Translations under genes and position numbers: made by a program | Shown here: positions 9,299 through 18,665 of the stretch, one piece after another | Position numbering within the stretch: position 1 is the first letter of the stretch | How the letters are laid out: every line of letters starts with the position of its first letter | The notes under the pieces: generated by a model | Told to the model about the DNA's origin: nothing | What the model saw: the letters and a program-made list of their open reading frames with translations, nothing else | The model's database searches: none | DNA from: an uncultured Thermoanaerobaculia bacterium | GTDB lineage: Bacteria > Acidobacteriota > Thermoanaerobaculia > Thermoanaerobaculales > Sulfomarinibacteraceae | DNA: 64,000 nucleotides | Assembly (NCBI GenBank): GCA_964609835.1 | Contig: CAZSTH010000007.1 | Span: forward strand, 7,309-71,308 | Direction: 5' to 3'

Positions 9299-10528
9299 GT
9301 GCTGAAGCGCGCAGTTCTTCCACCGGCCCTGCTGATGACCCCGATGGCGGGCCGTGAGACCATCGCGGCCGGGGTTTGGATCACCCGTGGTGCGGCCCAC
9401 GACCCGGCGGAGCTTGCGGGAGCCACCCATCTCGTGGAGCACTTGATGCTGCGGGCCTGTGGCGACCTCGATCGGCGCTCGTTGGCGTCGCGGGTCGACC
9501 GCCTCGGTGGCGAGGTCGACGCCTGGACCAGCTCCGAGCTCATGGGCGTCAACATCAACACCACCGTCGATGGCCTCGACGACGCGCTCGACCTGCTCGC
9601 CAACGCCGTGCTCGAGCCGACCTTCGCGGCCGATGACGTGGAGCTCGAACGCCGGGTGACCCTGGCCGAGCTGGCGCTGGCGGTGGACGACCCCACGGAG
9701 CGGGTGGAGGAGGCGGTTCTGGAGGCGGCGTGGGGCCATCATCCGCTGGCGCGGCCCGTGATCGGGACCCGCCGGACCCTCGACGCGCTCACCCCGGAGC
9801 TGCTGCGGCGCCACCACCACGAGATGGTGCGCGAGGGCTCGATACTGGCGGCGGTGGTTGGAGACGTGCCGAGGCGAGCCGTCGTGGACGGGCTGGCGCG
9901 CTTGCCCCTGTCGAAGGCGCCGCAGACCACGGCGCTGCCGCGGCTTGTCTTTCTGGGGCGCCACCGGACCCTGCCCCGGGACGGACAGGATCAGGTGCAC
10001 GTGCGGATCGTCTTCGAGGCGCCCGCGGCCGGGGACCGCCGGGTCCCGGCGCTCCTGATCCTCAACCGGCTGCTTGGCGACGGGGCCTCCAGCCGGTTGT
10101 TCCAACGGCTGCGGGAGGAGGCGGGGCTCACCTACGACATCTGGTCGGGACCCGTGCTCCGCCAACCGGGCGGCATCCTCGAGATCGGATGGGCGTGCTC
10201 GCCCGTGCAGTTCGGCGACTCCTGGCGGCTGGCCCTCGAGGAGGTCGACCGCGCGGCCCGGGACATCGGCCGCGACGAGGTGGAGATCGCCCGCCACGGC
10301 CTGCTGTGCGGTCTGCAGATGGACCTCGAGTCGCCAGCCGGGTGGTGCGCGCTCGACGTGGCGGAGTTCCTCGAGCGCGGTCGCAGGTTCGAGCCCGACC
10401 GAGCCTGCCGGGAGGTCCGCTCGGTGACCCTGGACGAGGTGCGGGAGCTCGCCGGTCAGGTGCTGCGCCCGCAGCGCATGGCCTCGGCCGTCTGTGGCCC
10501 CGAGGGCGTTGCCTCCCACGTTGCCTGA
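9299..10528 (+). CDS. M16 family (pitrilysin-like) zinc peptidase
   Basis: Inverted zinc motif [14 protein letters not shown] and [16 protein letters not shown]. Start uncertain (GTG 9299 or ATG 9335). Confidence 0.88.
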   Translation: MLKRAVLPPALLMTPMAGRETIAAGVWITRGAAHDPAELAGATHLVEHLMLRACGDLDRRSLASRVDRLGGEVDAWTSSELMGVNINTTVDGLDDALDLLANAVLEPTFAADDVELERRVTLAELALAVDDPTERVEEAVLEAAWGHHPLARPVIGTRRTLDALTPELLRRHHHEMVREGSILAAVVGDVPRRAVVDGLARLPLSKAPQTTALPRLVFLGRHRTLPRDGQDQVHVRIVFEAPAAGDRRVPALLILNRLLGDGASSRLFQRLREEAGLTYDIWSGPVLRQPGGILEIGWACSPVQFGDSWRLALEEVDRAARDIGRDEVEIARHGLLCGLQMDLESPAGWCALDVAEFLERGRRFEPDRACREVRSVTLDEVRELAGQVLRPQRMASAVCGPEGVASHVA

Positions 10529-10589
10529 AATCGGACCCGCGGCGCATCTGGATCGAGGACCGTCAATGGGGGTGTCGTATCATCGCCGC

Positions 10590-11036
10590 ATGGAGATCGA
10601 CGTGCGCGTGCGGCGGCTCGAGCACGGCGAAGGGCTACCGCTGCCGACCTACGCGACCGCGGGTGCTGCGGGCGCCGACCTGCACGCGGCGCTTGCCGGC
10701 GAGCTGGTTCTCGAGCCCGGCGAACGCCGTGCGGTGCCGACCGGGCTGGTGCTGGAAATCCCCGACGGTTACGAGGCGCAGGTGCGCCCGCGCTCGGGCC
10801 TCGCGCTCGGCCGCGGTGTGACCGTGGTCAATGCGCCGGGCACCATCGACAGCGACTACCGGGGCGAGCTGCTGGTGTCGCTCGTCAACCTCGGCGACGA
10901 GCCGGCGTGCATCCGGCGCGGCGACCGCGTCGCTCAGCTCGTCATCGCCCCCGTGACCCGGGGCCGCTTCGCGGTGGTCGACACCCTCAGCGCGTCGCCG
11001 CGCGGCGACGGCGGCTTCGGCTCGACCGGGGTGTGA
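10590..11036 (+). CDS. dut: dUTP diphosphatase
   Basis: [29 protein letters not shown] and [10 protein letters not shown] motifs. Confidence 0.97.
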   Translation: MEIDVRVRRLEHGEGLPLPTYATAGAAGADLHAALAGELVLEPGERRAVPTGLVLEIPDGYEAQVRPRSGLALGRGVTVVNAPGTIDSDYRGELLVSLVNLGDEPACIRRGDRVAQLVIAPVTRGRFAVVDTLSASPRGDGGFGSTGV

Positions 11037-11860
11037 CGGTGGAGATTTTGATCCTGGCCTCGGGGTCGTCCGGCAACTCGGCGCTCGTGTGCTCGGGTGA
11101 CACCGCGCTCCTGGTGGACGTGGGAGTCTCGGCGCTGCAGGTGCGCCGGCGGCTCGAGGCCTTCGGCAGGACGCCGGACGCGGTCGGCGCCGTCCTTTTG
11201 ACGCACGAGCACTCGGATCACGTGTCCGGTCTCGATGTCTTTTTGCGGCGTCACCGCCCTGCGCCGGTGTGGGCGACCGCCGGCACCTGGTCGAGGATCG
11301 GTGTCCGCGCGGCGTCCGGCGGCGAGCTGGCGTCGGGCACCACCCGGTGCTTCGGCGCGCTTCGGGTCACTCCGGTGGCGACCTCCCACGACGCCGCGGA
11401 GCCTGCCGCCTTCGTGTTCGACGACGGGGACCACAGCGCGGCGCTGTGCACCGACACCGGGATGGTCACGACCCTGCTGGAGCAGCGGCTGCGCGGCTGC
11501 GAGTTGCTTCTGCTCGAGAGCAACCACGACAAGGATCTGTTGCGGCACGGACCCTATCCGTGGCCGCTCAAACAGCGGATCGACTCGGTGACCGGCCATC
11601 TCTCCAACCACCAGAGCGTGGAGGCGGTCGACCGCCTGTGGTCGACGATGCTGCGCGCGGTCGTCGGCCTTCACCTGTCGGCGGAGAACAACTCGCCGAC
11701 GCTGGTCCGCGAGGGCCTGGCGGCCGCCGCGGGGTCGGGCGTGGAGGTAGCGGCGGTGACCCGGGCCGAGATGTTGCGGGTAAAACTCAACTCTCGGGGC
11801 GCGGTGCTCGAGCGGCATGACCTCCCACCCGCCCGTCCTACCGTGCGGTCTGGGGCCTGA
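11033..11860 (+). CDS. MBL-fold metallo-hydrolase (YycJ/WalJ-like)
   Basis: [34 protein letters not shown] and HLSAENN motifs. Confidence 0.9.
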   Translation: MTVEILILASGSSGNSALVCSGDTALLVDVGVSALQVRRRLEAFGRTPDAVGAVLLTHEHSDHVSGLDVFLRRHRPAPVWATAGTWSRIGVRAASGGELASGTTRCFGALRVTPVATSHDAAEPAAFVFDDGDHSAALCTDTGMVTTLLEQRLRGCELLLLESNHDKDLLRHGPYPWPLKQRIDSVTGHLSNHQSVEAVDRLWSTMLRAVVGLHLSAENNSPTLVREGLAAAAGSGVEVAAVTRAEMLRVKLNSRGAVLERHDLPPARPTVRSGA

Positions 11861-11960
11861 GGCTCGAGGCCTTCCGCCTGCCCGGACTCGGGCTCGAGGA
11901 TTCGGGTTTGACATCTTTGGGGGGCGGGGTCGAAAAAATTTCCGCCTCGAGCCTCAGGCC
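11854..11960. repeat. 17-bp perfect inverted repeat between convergent genes; each arm contains one stop codon
   Basis: GGCCTGAGGCTCGAGGC (11854-11870) and GCCTCGAGCCTCAGGCC (11944-11960). Confidence 0.8.
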
Positions 11961-14900
11961 TCCTCACACCACACCCTGGCGTTCTGGAACATCCTCAACC
12001 ACGGCGAGGCCTCGAGGTCGCGGCGCCAACCGCGTGGCATCCAGCCCCAGTTCCAGAGGTTGGTGGTGCGCTCGGGGTGGGGCATCATCGCGAGGTGCCG
12101 GCCGTCCGGGGAGCACAGGGCGGCGATGCCGCGCGGAGAACCGTTCGGGTTGTGGGGGTAGACCTCGGCGGCCTCGCCCGAGTCGTCGACGTAGCGCAGC
12201 GGCGCCAGGCGATCCGCTTCGACTCGTTCCAGGACCTCGCGGTCCGGAAACAGAGCCCTCCCTTCGCCGTGGGCGGTCCAGATGCCGAGCACCGAGCCGG
12301 CCATGCCGCGCAGCATGATCGCCGGGCTTTCGAGAACCGCGACCGTGGCGAAGCGTGACTCGAAGCGCCCGGAGAGGTTGCCCACGAAGCGCGGCTGGCG
12401 GCGGTCGCCGAGGCCGGGCTCGGGAACCCAGCCGAGCAGGGCCAGCAGCTGGCAGCCGTTGCAGACCCCGAGGCTGAAGGTGTCCGGGCGTGCGAGAAAC
12501 GCCTCGAACTGGGCCCAAAGGTCGGGGTTGTGGCGGATCGAGCCGGCCCACCCCTTGGCGGCGCCGAGGACGTCGGCGTGTGCGAATCCTCCGACCGCGG
12601 CGATGCCCCGGAAGGACTCCAGTGTGATGCGGCCGTCGAGCAGGTCCGACATCGCCACGTCCCACGGCTCGAAACCTGCCGCGAGGAAGGCCGCCGCCAT
12701 CTCACGATCGCCGTTGGAGCCCTCCTCGCGCAGGATCGCCGCCTTCGGCCGGGCCCGGTCGGCGAGGATCTCGGGCGCGGTCGGTGCCGGCTTGAAGCCG
12801 AGCGCGTAGGGCGGTGCGGTGCGGTGCCGCAGACCCTCCCGCTCGGCCTCGACACAGCTGCGGTCCGCCTGCTCGAGCTCGAGCCGGAAGGAGGTCGCCT
12901 CCCACAGGTCGCGGAGCTCGCGCATGTCTCCGTGCAGGATCTCAGCGCCGCGATGCCGGACCGTGATCTCCCCGGTCGGGAGGCCGCGGCCGATCACCGC
13001 GCAGGGCACGTCGGCCTCACGGTACGCGCGCAGGGCCGTGTCCGCATCGGCCCCGTCGACCTCGAGCAGCAGGCCGAGCTCCTCCGCGAAGCACGCCGCG
13101 ATGGGATCGTCGTCGCCGTCGATGTCCACGTCGAGGCCGCAGTCGCCCGCGAAGGCCATCTCGAGTAGCGCGGTCAGCGGCCCGCCGTCCGAGCAGTCGT
13201 GGCCGGCGGCGACGATCCGGTCGGCGATCAGCCTCTGGGTCACAGCCCAGGCGCGGCGCAGCAGTGACGGATCGTCGAGGTCGGGAACCTCGTCGCCCGC
13301 CTGCCCATAAACCTGCGCCAGCGCCGAGCCGCCGAGCCGCCTGCGGCCGGCGGCGAGGTCCACGTGCAGCAACCGCCCGCGTCCCGGGAGCTCGAGGTCG
13401 GGCGTCACGGTGCGCCGGATGTCGGGGCAGGTGGCATAGGCGGAGATGACCAGCGAGCCCGGCGCCTTGACGGTCTCCTCGCCGCCGTCCGGCAGCGGCG
13501 CGCGCGCCGCCATCGACAGGCTGTCCTTGCCCCCGTCGACCGCGATCCCGAGCTCGATCATGGCGTCGCGCATGGCGACCGCGGCGTCGTAGAGCGCGGC
13601 GCCCTCTCCCGGCAGCTTGGCCGCCCACATCCAGTTGGCGGAGCAGCGAACGTCCCCGAGGGCGGTGACCGGCGCCCACACCAGATTCGTCAGAGCCTCA
13701 CCGACCGCCATTCTCGCCCCCGCCGCCGGGTCCACCAGGCCCTTGTTCGGTTGCTCGCCGATGGCGGTGGCGGCGCCGGTCGTGGCGAAGTGGCTGTTGG
13801 CAATGACCGCCACGTCGGAGACGGCCAGCTGCAGCGGGCCGGCACACTGCTGTCGCGCCACCAGTCCGGTGACCGAGCGATCGACCTTGGTGGTCAGGAA
13901 GCGCTTGGAGCCGACCGAGAGCAGCTGCAGCACCCGCTCCAGCGCCTGCTCCAACGTCAGCCCCCGAGGCAGGTCCAAGGGCGCCAGCTGCGGCGCCCGC
14001 CGCTCGATCTCGAAGACCTTCTGCGGGACCTCACCGAGGACCTGGTCGAGCTGGAGGTCGACCGGTGTCGAGCCGTCGCACCGGTCGTGGACGACGACCT
14101 TGCCGTCACCGGTGGTGCTGCCGATGAAGGCCACCGGCACTCGCTCGCGCTCGCACAGGGCGCGGAACAGCTCCCGGTGCTGCGGATGCAGCAGGAGCGC
14201 GTCGTTCTCCTGGTACTCGGCGCCCCAGATCTCGAGAACGGACAGGCTGTCGTCTCCGAGCGGGATTTCGCGGATCTCGAGTCGGGCGCCCTCCGGCTCG
14301 ACGATCTCTTTGAGCACGTTGCAGTTGCCGCCGGCTCCCTGGTCGTGGATGCTGACGATCGGGTTGTCGTCGCCGAGCTCGCAGCAGGCGCGGATGACCC
14401 GATTCACTTTCTGCTCCATCTCGGCGTCGCCGCGCTGGACAGCGTTGAAGTCGAGGTGCTCGGGATTGTCGCCGTGGACCATGCTCGAGGCGGCACCGCC
14501 GCCGATGCCGATCCGGTAGGCGGGTCCGCCGATCTTCACCACCAGCATCCCGGGCTCCGGTGGAGCCTTCACCACGTGGCGATGGTCGATCTGGCCGACG
14601 CCTCCGGAGAACATGATCGGTTTGATCCACTCGCGGCGGCTGCCGTCGGCGAGGCGGAGGCCGGCCGAACGGGTGAACCCGGCGATCACCGGCTCGCCGA
14701 ACTTGTTGCCGTAGTCGGAGGCGCCGTTCGAGGCCTCGATCTCGATCGCCAGCGGCGAGGCGAGGCTGTCGGGGTAGCGGAAGGACTCGTCCTCCCACGG
14801 GGCGGCGCCTCCGGGAAGTCTCAGATTGCCGACGCAGTAGCCCGCGGTGCCCGCCACCACCAATGCTCCGCGGCCGGTGGCGTGGACGTCCCGGATGCGG

Positions 14901-15871
14901 CCGCCGGTGCCGGTCTCGGCGCCCGGGAACGGCGCGACTCCGGACGGGAAGTTGTGGGTCTCGGCGGTCAGGATCACGTCGAGCTCGAGATCGGCCGACG
15001 TCAGCGGCGCCGGTGCTCGGGGATCGCTGCTGATCAGCGAGGTGACCGCAAATCCCCTGATCGCGCTCGAATTGTCGTGAAAGGCGATGACGCTGTTGTT
15101 GGGGTTGGCCTCGTACGGCGCCTGCACCACCGCGAACAGGTGGTCGGGCATTTCGCAACCGTCGATCACCAGGCGTCCTTTGAAGAACCAGTGGCGACAG
15201 TGCTCGCTGTTGGACTGTGCGATGTCGAAGCACTCCACGTCGGTGGGATTGCGGCCGATCCGGTCGCGGAAGAGGGCGGTGTAGTAGTCGAGGTCCCAGT
15301 CGTCGAAGGCGAGCCCGAGCTCGCGGTTGATCCGTTCCAGTGCCGCCCGCCCGTCCTCCAGCACCGGTACCACCGTGAACGGAGCCGGCGCGGCACCGGT
15401 CGCGAAGCTCTCGAGCGGTTCGTGGTAGGGGCACTCGGTCATGCGGTCGTGCACGGCGGCGAGCCAACCGTCATCGGGCGGCAGGCCCGGCGGGGCGTCG
15501 CGCAGCAGGTAGCGGCGCGAGCGTTCGATGCGCAGCGTTTGCGGGATGCCGCACGCGCGACAGATGGAAACGGCGTTGGTCGACCAGGCGGTTGTAAAGT
15601 TCATCCGCGGTCCGACCTCGAGCACCGGCCCCCGGCTTTCGTCGAGGTTGGTGCGGACGGCGAACCGGCCAGGCTCGAAGGTCTCCGCCAGCAGCCAGTC
15701 GAGGACCTGTTGCTGCCGGCGATCGAGCTCTCGGGCGAGCTCGATGTAGAAACAGTGCTCGGAGTCGATGGCGGTGACCGCCGCGTCAAATGTGGCGCGC
15801 GCGGCCTCGAGGAGCTCGGCATGGGTGGCTGGGGGGAGGTCGTAGGTGCGGTAGCGGCGGGTGAGGCTCAT
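11954..15871 (-). CDS. purL: Phosphoribosylformylglycinamidine synthase, large single-chain type
   Basis: NSEHCRHWFF, AETHNFP, GAETGTGGRIRD, HDQGAGG and GGKDSLSM; fused glutaminase with GVCNGCQ and MPHPER. Start placed at MSLTRRY. Confidence 0.96.
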   Translation of the reverse strand: MSLTRRYRTYDLPPATHAELLEAARATFDAAVTAIDSEHCFYIELARELDRRQQQVLDWLLAETFEPGRFAVRTNLDESRGPVLEVGPRMNFTTAWSTNAVSICRACGIPQTLRIERSRRYLLRDAPPGLPPDDGWLAAVHDRMTECPYHEPLESFATGAAPAPFTVVPVLEDGRAALERINRELGLAFDDWDLDYYTALFRDRIGRNPTDVECFDIAQSNSEHCRHWFFKGRLVIDGCEMPDHLFAVVQAPYEANPNNSVIAFHDNSSAIRGFAVTSLISSDPRAPAPLTSADLELDVILTAETHNFPSGVAPFPGAETGTGGRIRDVHATGRGALVVAGTAGYCVGNLRLPGGAAPWEDESFRYPDSLASPLAIEIEASNGASDYGNKFGEPVIAGFTRSAGLRLADGSRREWIKPIMFSGGVGQIDHRHVVKAPPEPGMLVVKIGGPAYRIGIGGGAASSMVHGDNPEHLDFNAVQRGDAEMEQKVNRVIRACCELGDDNPIVSIHDQGAGGNCNVLKEIVEPEGARLEIREIPLGDDSLSVLEIWGAEYQENDALLLHPQHRELFRALCERERVPVAFIGSTTGDGKVVVHDRCDGSTPVDLQLDQVLGEVPQKVFEIERRAPQLAPLDLPRGLTLEQALERVLQLLSVGSKRFLTTKVDRSVTGLVARQQCAGPLQLAVSDVAVIANSHFATTGAATAIGEQPNKGLVDPAAGARMAVGEALTNLVWAPVTALGDVRCSANWMWAAKLPGEGAALYDAAVAMRDAMIELGIAVDGGKDSLSMAARAPLPDGGEETVKAPGSLVISAYATCPDIRRTVTPDLELPGRGRLLHVDLAAGRRRLGGSALAQVYGQAGDEVPDLDDPSLLRRAWAVTQRLIADRIVAAGHDCSDGGPLTALLEMAFAGDCGLDVDIDGDDDPIAACFAEELGLLLEVDGADADTALRAYREADVPCAVIGRGLPTGEITVRHRGAEILHGDMRELRDLWEATSFRLELEQADRSCVEAEREGLRHRTAPPYALGFKPAPTAPEILADRARPKAAILREEGSNGDREMAAAFLAAGFEPWDVAMSDLLDGRITLESFRGIAAVGGFAHADVLGAAKGWAGSIRHNPDLWAQFEAFLARPDTFSLGVCNGCQLLALLGWVPEPGLGDRRQPRFVGNLSGRFESRFATVAVLESPAIMLRGMAGSVLGIWTAHGEGRALFPDREVLERVEADRLAPLRYVDDSGEAAEVYPHNPNGSPRGIAALCSPDGRHLAMMPHPERTTNLWNWGWMPRGWRRDLEASPWLRMFQNARVWCEEA

Positions 15872-15914
15872 GGGGAGGTTGTAGCAGGGCCCGGGGGGTT
15901 GTGCCACTCCGTCG

Positions 15915-16044
15915 CCGATCCCGTTCCCGATCCCGACGTCGGCCATGAGGGCTTCGGCTGAAGCCTTGCTCTCATCGGGCGCTCCGGATATGTTCGACCG
16001 GTCGAGCGGACCGGGATCCTCCGGTTTTTCGGGATCGGGATCGG
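15915..16044. repeat. Inverted hexamer-repeat element (CCGATC)n ... (GATCGG)n in the purL/purM divergent region
   Basis: CCGATCCCGTTCCCGATCCCGA at 15915-15936 and TCGGGATCGGGATCGG at 16029-16044. Confidence 0.8.
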
Positions 16045-16052
16045 AGCTCAGT

Positions 16053-17111
16053 ATGACCACCTACCGAGAATCGGGAGTCGACATCGATGCCCAGGACCTC
16101 GCCCTGGCGCAGGTCAAGAAGATCGTCCGCAACACCTACACCGCGGACGTGCTGTCGGACCAGGGGGCCTTCGGTGGCCTCTTCCGGTCACCGACCAAGG
16201 GCTACCGGGAACCGGTGCTGGTGGCGTCGGCGGACGGTGTCGGCACCAAGCTGATGGTCGCCTTCCTGTCCGGCCGCCACGACACGGTGGGCCAGGACCT
16301 CGTCCACCACTGCGTCAACGACATCCTGGTTCAGGGAGCCCGGCCGCTGTTCTTCCTCGACTACCTGGCCACCGGGCGGCTCGACCCGGATGTGGTGGCC
16401 GACGTGATCGGCGGTGTGGCGGCGGCCTGCGTCGCAACCGAGACCGCCCTGCTCGGGGGCGAGACCGCGGAGATGCCCGGATTCTACGGTGACGGCGAGT
16501 ACGATCTCGCTGGTTTCATCGTCGGCGTGGTCGACCGCCGCAGGATCCTCGACGGCTCCGCCATCGCCAAGGGCGACGTGCTGGTCGGCCTGCCGTCGAG
16601 TGGGCTGCACACTAACGGCTACTCGCTGGCGCGGAAGGTCTTCTTCGAGCAGCTGAAGCTCGCCGCCGATGACCACCTGCCCGAGCTCGGGCACACCATC
16701 GGCGACGAGCTGCTGGCGGTCCACCGCTGCTACCTGCAGCCGGTGAGTCCGCTGCTCGAAAAGGGCCTGGTCCACGCCATGGCCCACATCACTGGCGGCG
16801 GGCTGACCGACAACCTGCCGCGGGTGCTCCCGCACGGCACCCGGGCGGTGATCAAGGTCGGGGCGTGGGACATTCCGCCGGTCTTCCGTTTGCTGGCCGA
16901 GCGCGGGCAGGTGCCCGAGGACGACATGTGGCGGACCTTCAACCTCGGTGTCGGCATGGTGCTGGTGGTGGCGCCCAAACACCTCGAGGACGTGCTGCGG
17001 CGCCTCCGAGAGGCGGGCTGCGCGGGATTTCCGATGGGCAACATCGTCGCCGGCGAACCCGGCGTCGATTACGACCACCCGCCCGAGGGGTTTCCGTCGG
17101 GCCTGCGGTGA
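16053..17111 (+). CDS. purM: Phosphoribosylformylglycinamidine cyclo-ligase (AIR synthetase)
   Basis: YRESGVDI, ADGVGTKL, VNDILVQGARPLFFLDY, GGETAEMPG, SSGLHTNGYSL and AHITGGG. Confidence 0.97.
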   Translation: MTTYRESGVDIDAQDLALAQVKKIVRNTYTADVLSDQGAFGGLFRSPTKGYREPVLVASADGVGTKLMVAFLSGRHDTVGQDLVHHCVNDILVQGARPLFFLDYLATGRLDPDVVADVIGGVAAACVATETALLGGETAEMPGFYGDGEYDLAGFIVGVVDRRRILDGSAIAKGDVLVGLPSSGLHTNGYSLARKVFFEQLKLAADDHLPELGHTIGDELLAVHRCYLQPVSPLLEKGLVHAMAHITGGGLTDNLPRVLPHGTRAVIKVGAWDIPPVFRLLAERGQVPEDDMWRTFNLGVGMVLVVAPKHLEDVLRRLREAGCAGFPMGNIVAGEPGVDYDHPPEGFPSGLR

Positions 17112-17261
17112 AAACCGCGTTTGTGCCCGTGTCCGTTTCCGTGCCCGACAACGCGTGAGCCCGATGAACCAACGTCCACGGGCACGTTGAGGAAATCGCC
17201 TCGCTCGCGATCTCCGAGTGACTGACGTACGATGGTGCCGGCTTCTGCCAGGGAGGTCGCC

Positions 17262-17618
17262 ATGGCCAGGAAGGTCGGCATCGTCTACTGCGAGCGGATC
17301 CAGGATGCGAGCTGCGTGGGTTGCGCCAAGTGCTACAAGTCGGTCAACGAAAACACCTTCGCGTTCGAGGGAGCGGGCGATGTGGAGATCGTCTTCAAGA
17401 CCGGCTGCGGCGACTGCCCTGGTCTGGTGGTGCCGAGGGTGGACCTGCAGATGACGGTCCTCGACAGCCTCGGCGTGGAGGTGGACGAGATCTACTTCGG
17501 CACCTGCGTCAAGAAGGCGACAACGTTCATGAGCTGCCCTATGAACGTGGAAGGGGTGACCGCCGTGCTCGAGGACAAGTTCGGCGTCCCGGTGCACATG
17601 GGGACGCATGAGTACTGA
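17262..17618 (+). CDS. CGGC-domain (Cys-rich, putative metal-binding) protein
   Basis: GIVYC...CVGCAKC...GCGDCPG...GTC...CP...GTH pattern; SD GGAGG. Confidence 0.8.
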   Translation: MARKVGIVYCERIQDASCVGCAKCYKSVNENTFAFEGAGDVEIVFKTGCGDCPGLVVPRVDLQMTVLDSLGVEVDEIYFGTCVKKATTFMSCPMNVEGVTAVLEDKFGVPVHMGTHEY

Positions 17619-17627
17619 GGCCCGAAG

Positions 17628-17756
17628 ACCCGCGTTCGCGCCCGATGAACGCGGAAGGGAGAAGGGGAGACCACTCGCTCATCCTTGATTCGCTGTGCCC
17701 GCCCGCCCTTTCGCCGCTGCGCCCCTTCCCCCTTGCTTTCGGACGCGGACGCGGGT
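17628..17756. repeat. Inverted hexamer-repeat hairpin with an inner purine/pyrimidine stem
   Basis: ACCCGCGTTCGCGCCCGA (17628-17645) pairs with TCGGACGCGGACGCGGGT (17739-17756), 2 mismatches; inner GAAGGGAGAAGGGG / CCCCTTCCCCCTTG. Confidence 0.7.
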
Positions 17757-17763
17757 AAAACCC

Positions 17764-17791
17764 TTGCTTTCCAACGGAAAACCCATATAAT
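17764..17791 (+). promoter_or_regulatory. Putative sigma70 promoter of the rpsF operon
   Basis: TTGCTT-N16-TATAAT. Confidence 0.65.
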
Positions 17792-17817
17792 TCCTGCTCC
17801 CGGTCCGTCCGGGAAAA

Positions 17818-17866
17818 ATCTCCTTGCTCCGGACCACGATCCGGGGCCGAAGGCCGAGAGGAGCAC
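17818..17866 (+). ncRNA. Probable S6:S18 ribosomal protein leader (autoregulatory cis RNA)
   Basis: CTCCTTGC, inner hairpin, GCCG...CCG, then AGAGGAG. The CTCCT segment can pair with the SD, and unpaired CCG motifs sit directly before rpsF, matching the known architecture. Confidence 0.75.
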
Positions 17867-17869
17867 CAC

Positions 17870-18259
17870 ATGCCCCTGTATGAGTTGGGGGTCATCATCG
17901 ACCCCGAGGTTCCGCCCGAGGACGAGACCGCGACCCTGGATCGCCTCGAGGGCATCATCACCGAGGCCGGCGGCGACATCGTGCACAAGGATGCCTGGGG
18001 ACGCAGGCAGCTCGCCTACCCGATCCGCAAGAAGAACTACGGCGTCTACCACTTCTGGGCGTTCGACGCCGGCGGCAAGGTGATGGAAAACCTCAACTTC
18101 GAGCTGCGCACAAACGACAACGTGATGCGCTCGCTGGTCCTCAACATGGACCGTGAGCTGCGCCGCAAGCGCAAGATGGACGTCAAGCTCGAGGCCAAGG
18201 CGGCGAAGAAGGCTGCCAAGGCCGAGGCGCGTGCCGAGTCCGAAGCGGCGAGCGAGTGA
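17870..18259 (+). CDS. rpsF: 30S ribosomal protein S6
   Basis: [21 protein letters not shown] and VMRSLV. Confidence 0.97.
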   Translation: MPLYELGVIIDPEVPPEDETATLDRLEGIITEAGGDIVHKDAWGRRQLAYPIRKKNYGVYHFWAFDAGGKVMENLNFELRTNDNVMRSLVLNMDRELRRKRKMDVKLEAKAAKKAAKAEARAESEAASE

Positions 18260-18269
18260 GGAGGGTGCC

Positions 18270-18503
18270 ATGAGACCACACAAGAAGCGTTTCCGCCGTC
18301 GCGTCAAGGTCTGCCGCTTCACGGTCGAGAAGATCAACTACATCGACTACAAGGACGTGGCGCTGCTGCGCGAGTACACCCCCACCAACGGCAAGATTCT
18401 GCCGCGTCGGGTGACCGGCACACGGCCGGCGTTCCAGCACAAGCTGACGCGAGCCATCAAGCGGGCACGGCACATGGCGCTGCTGCCCTATACCGGGTCC
18501 TGA
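18270..18503 (+). CDS. rpsR: 30S ribosomal protein S18
   Basis: [19 protein letters not shown] and [13 protein letters not shown]. Confidence 0.97.
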   Translation: MRPHKKRFRRRVKVCRFTVEKINYIDYKDVALLREYTPTNGKILPRRVTGTRPAFQHKLTRAIKRARHMALLPYTGS

Positions 18504-18665
18504 TCAGGAGCCCGCGGACCGCGGGCCGGCGTTCGCCGGCAGTCGCTCGCCTCGTGCGGATCGATCCTGTGCCCTACTCGCCGCCGCAAGTCGCCGGGCC
18601 GCCGGATCTCCGCCCGACAGCGATGGTCAGTGGCGCCCAACCGGAGCGCGCACCGAGAGCCGCCG

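Noticed and set aside
13364..15961. Long antisense ORFs (865 aa opposite purL; also 795-2435, 39189-41636, 48054-50177 and others)
   Set aside because: Shadow ORFs expected in high-GC coding DNA. They lack motifs and lie opposite well-supported genes.
15872..16060. Extended N-termini in the ORF track for purL, purM, mvaD, TBDR, SSS and others
   Set aside because: The extensions translate repeats or UTRs (for example SDPDPE, GSGSGS). Downstream starts fit the SD or -10 signals and the family N-termini better.
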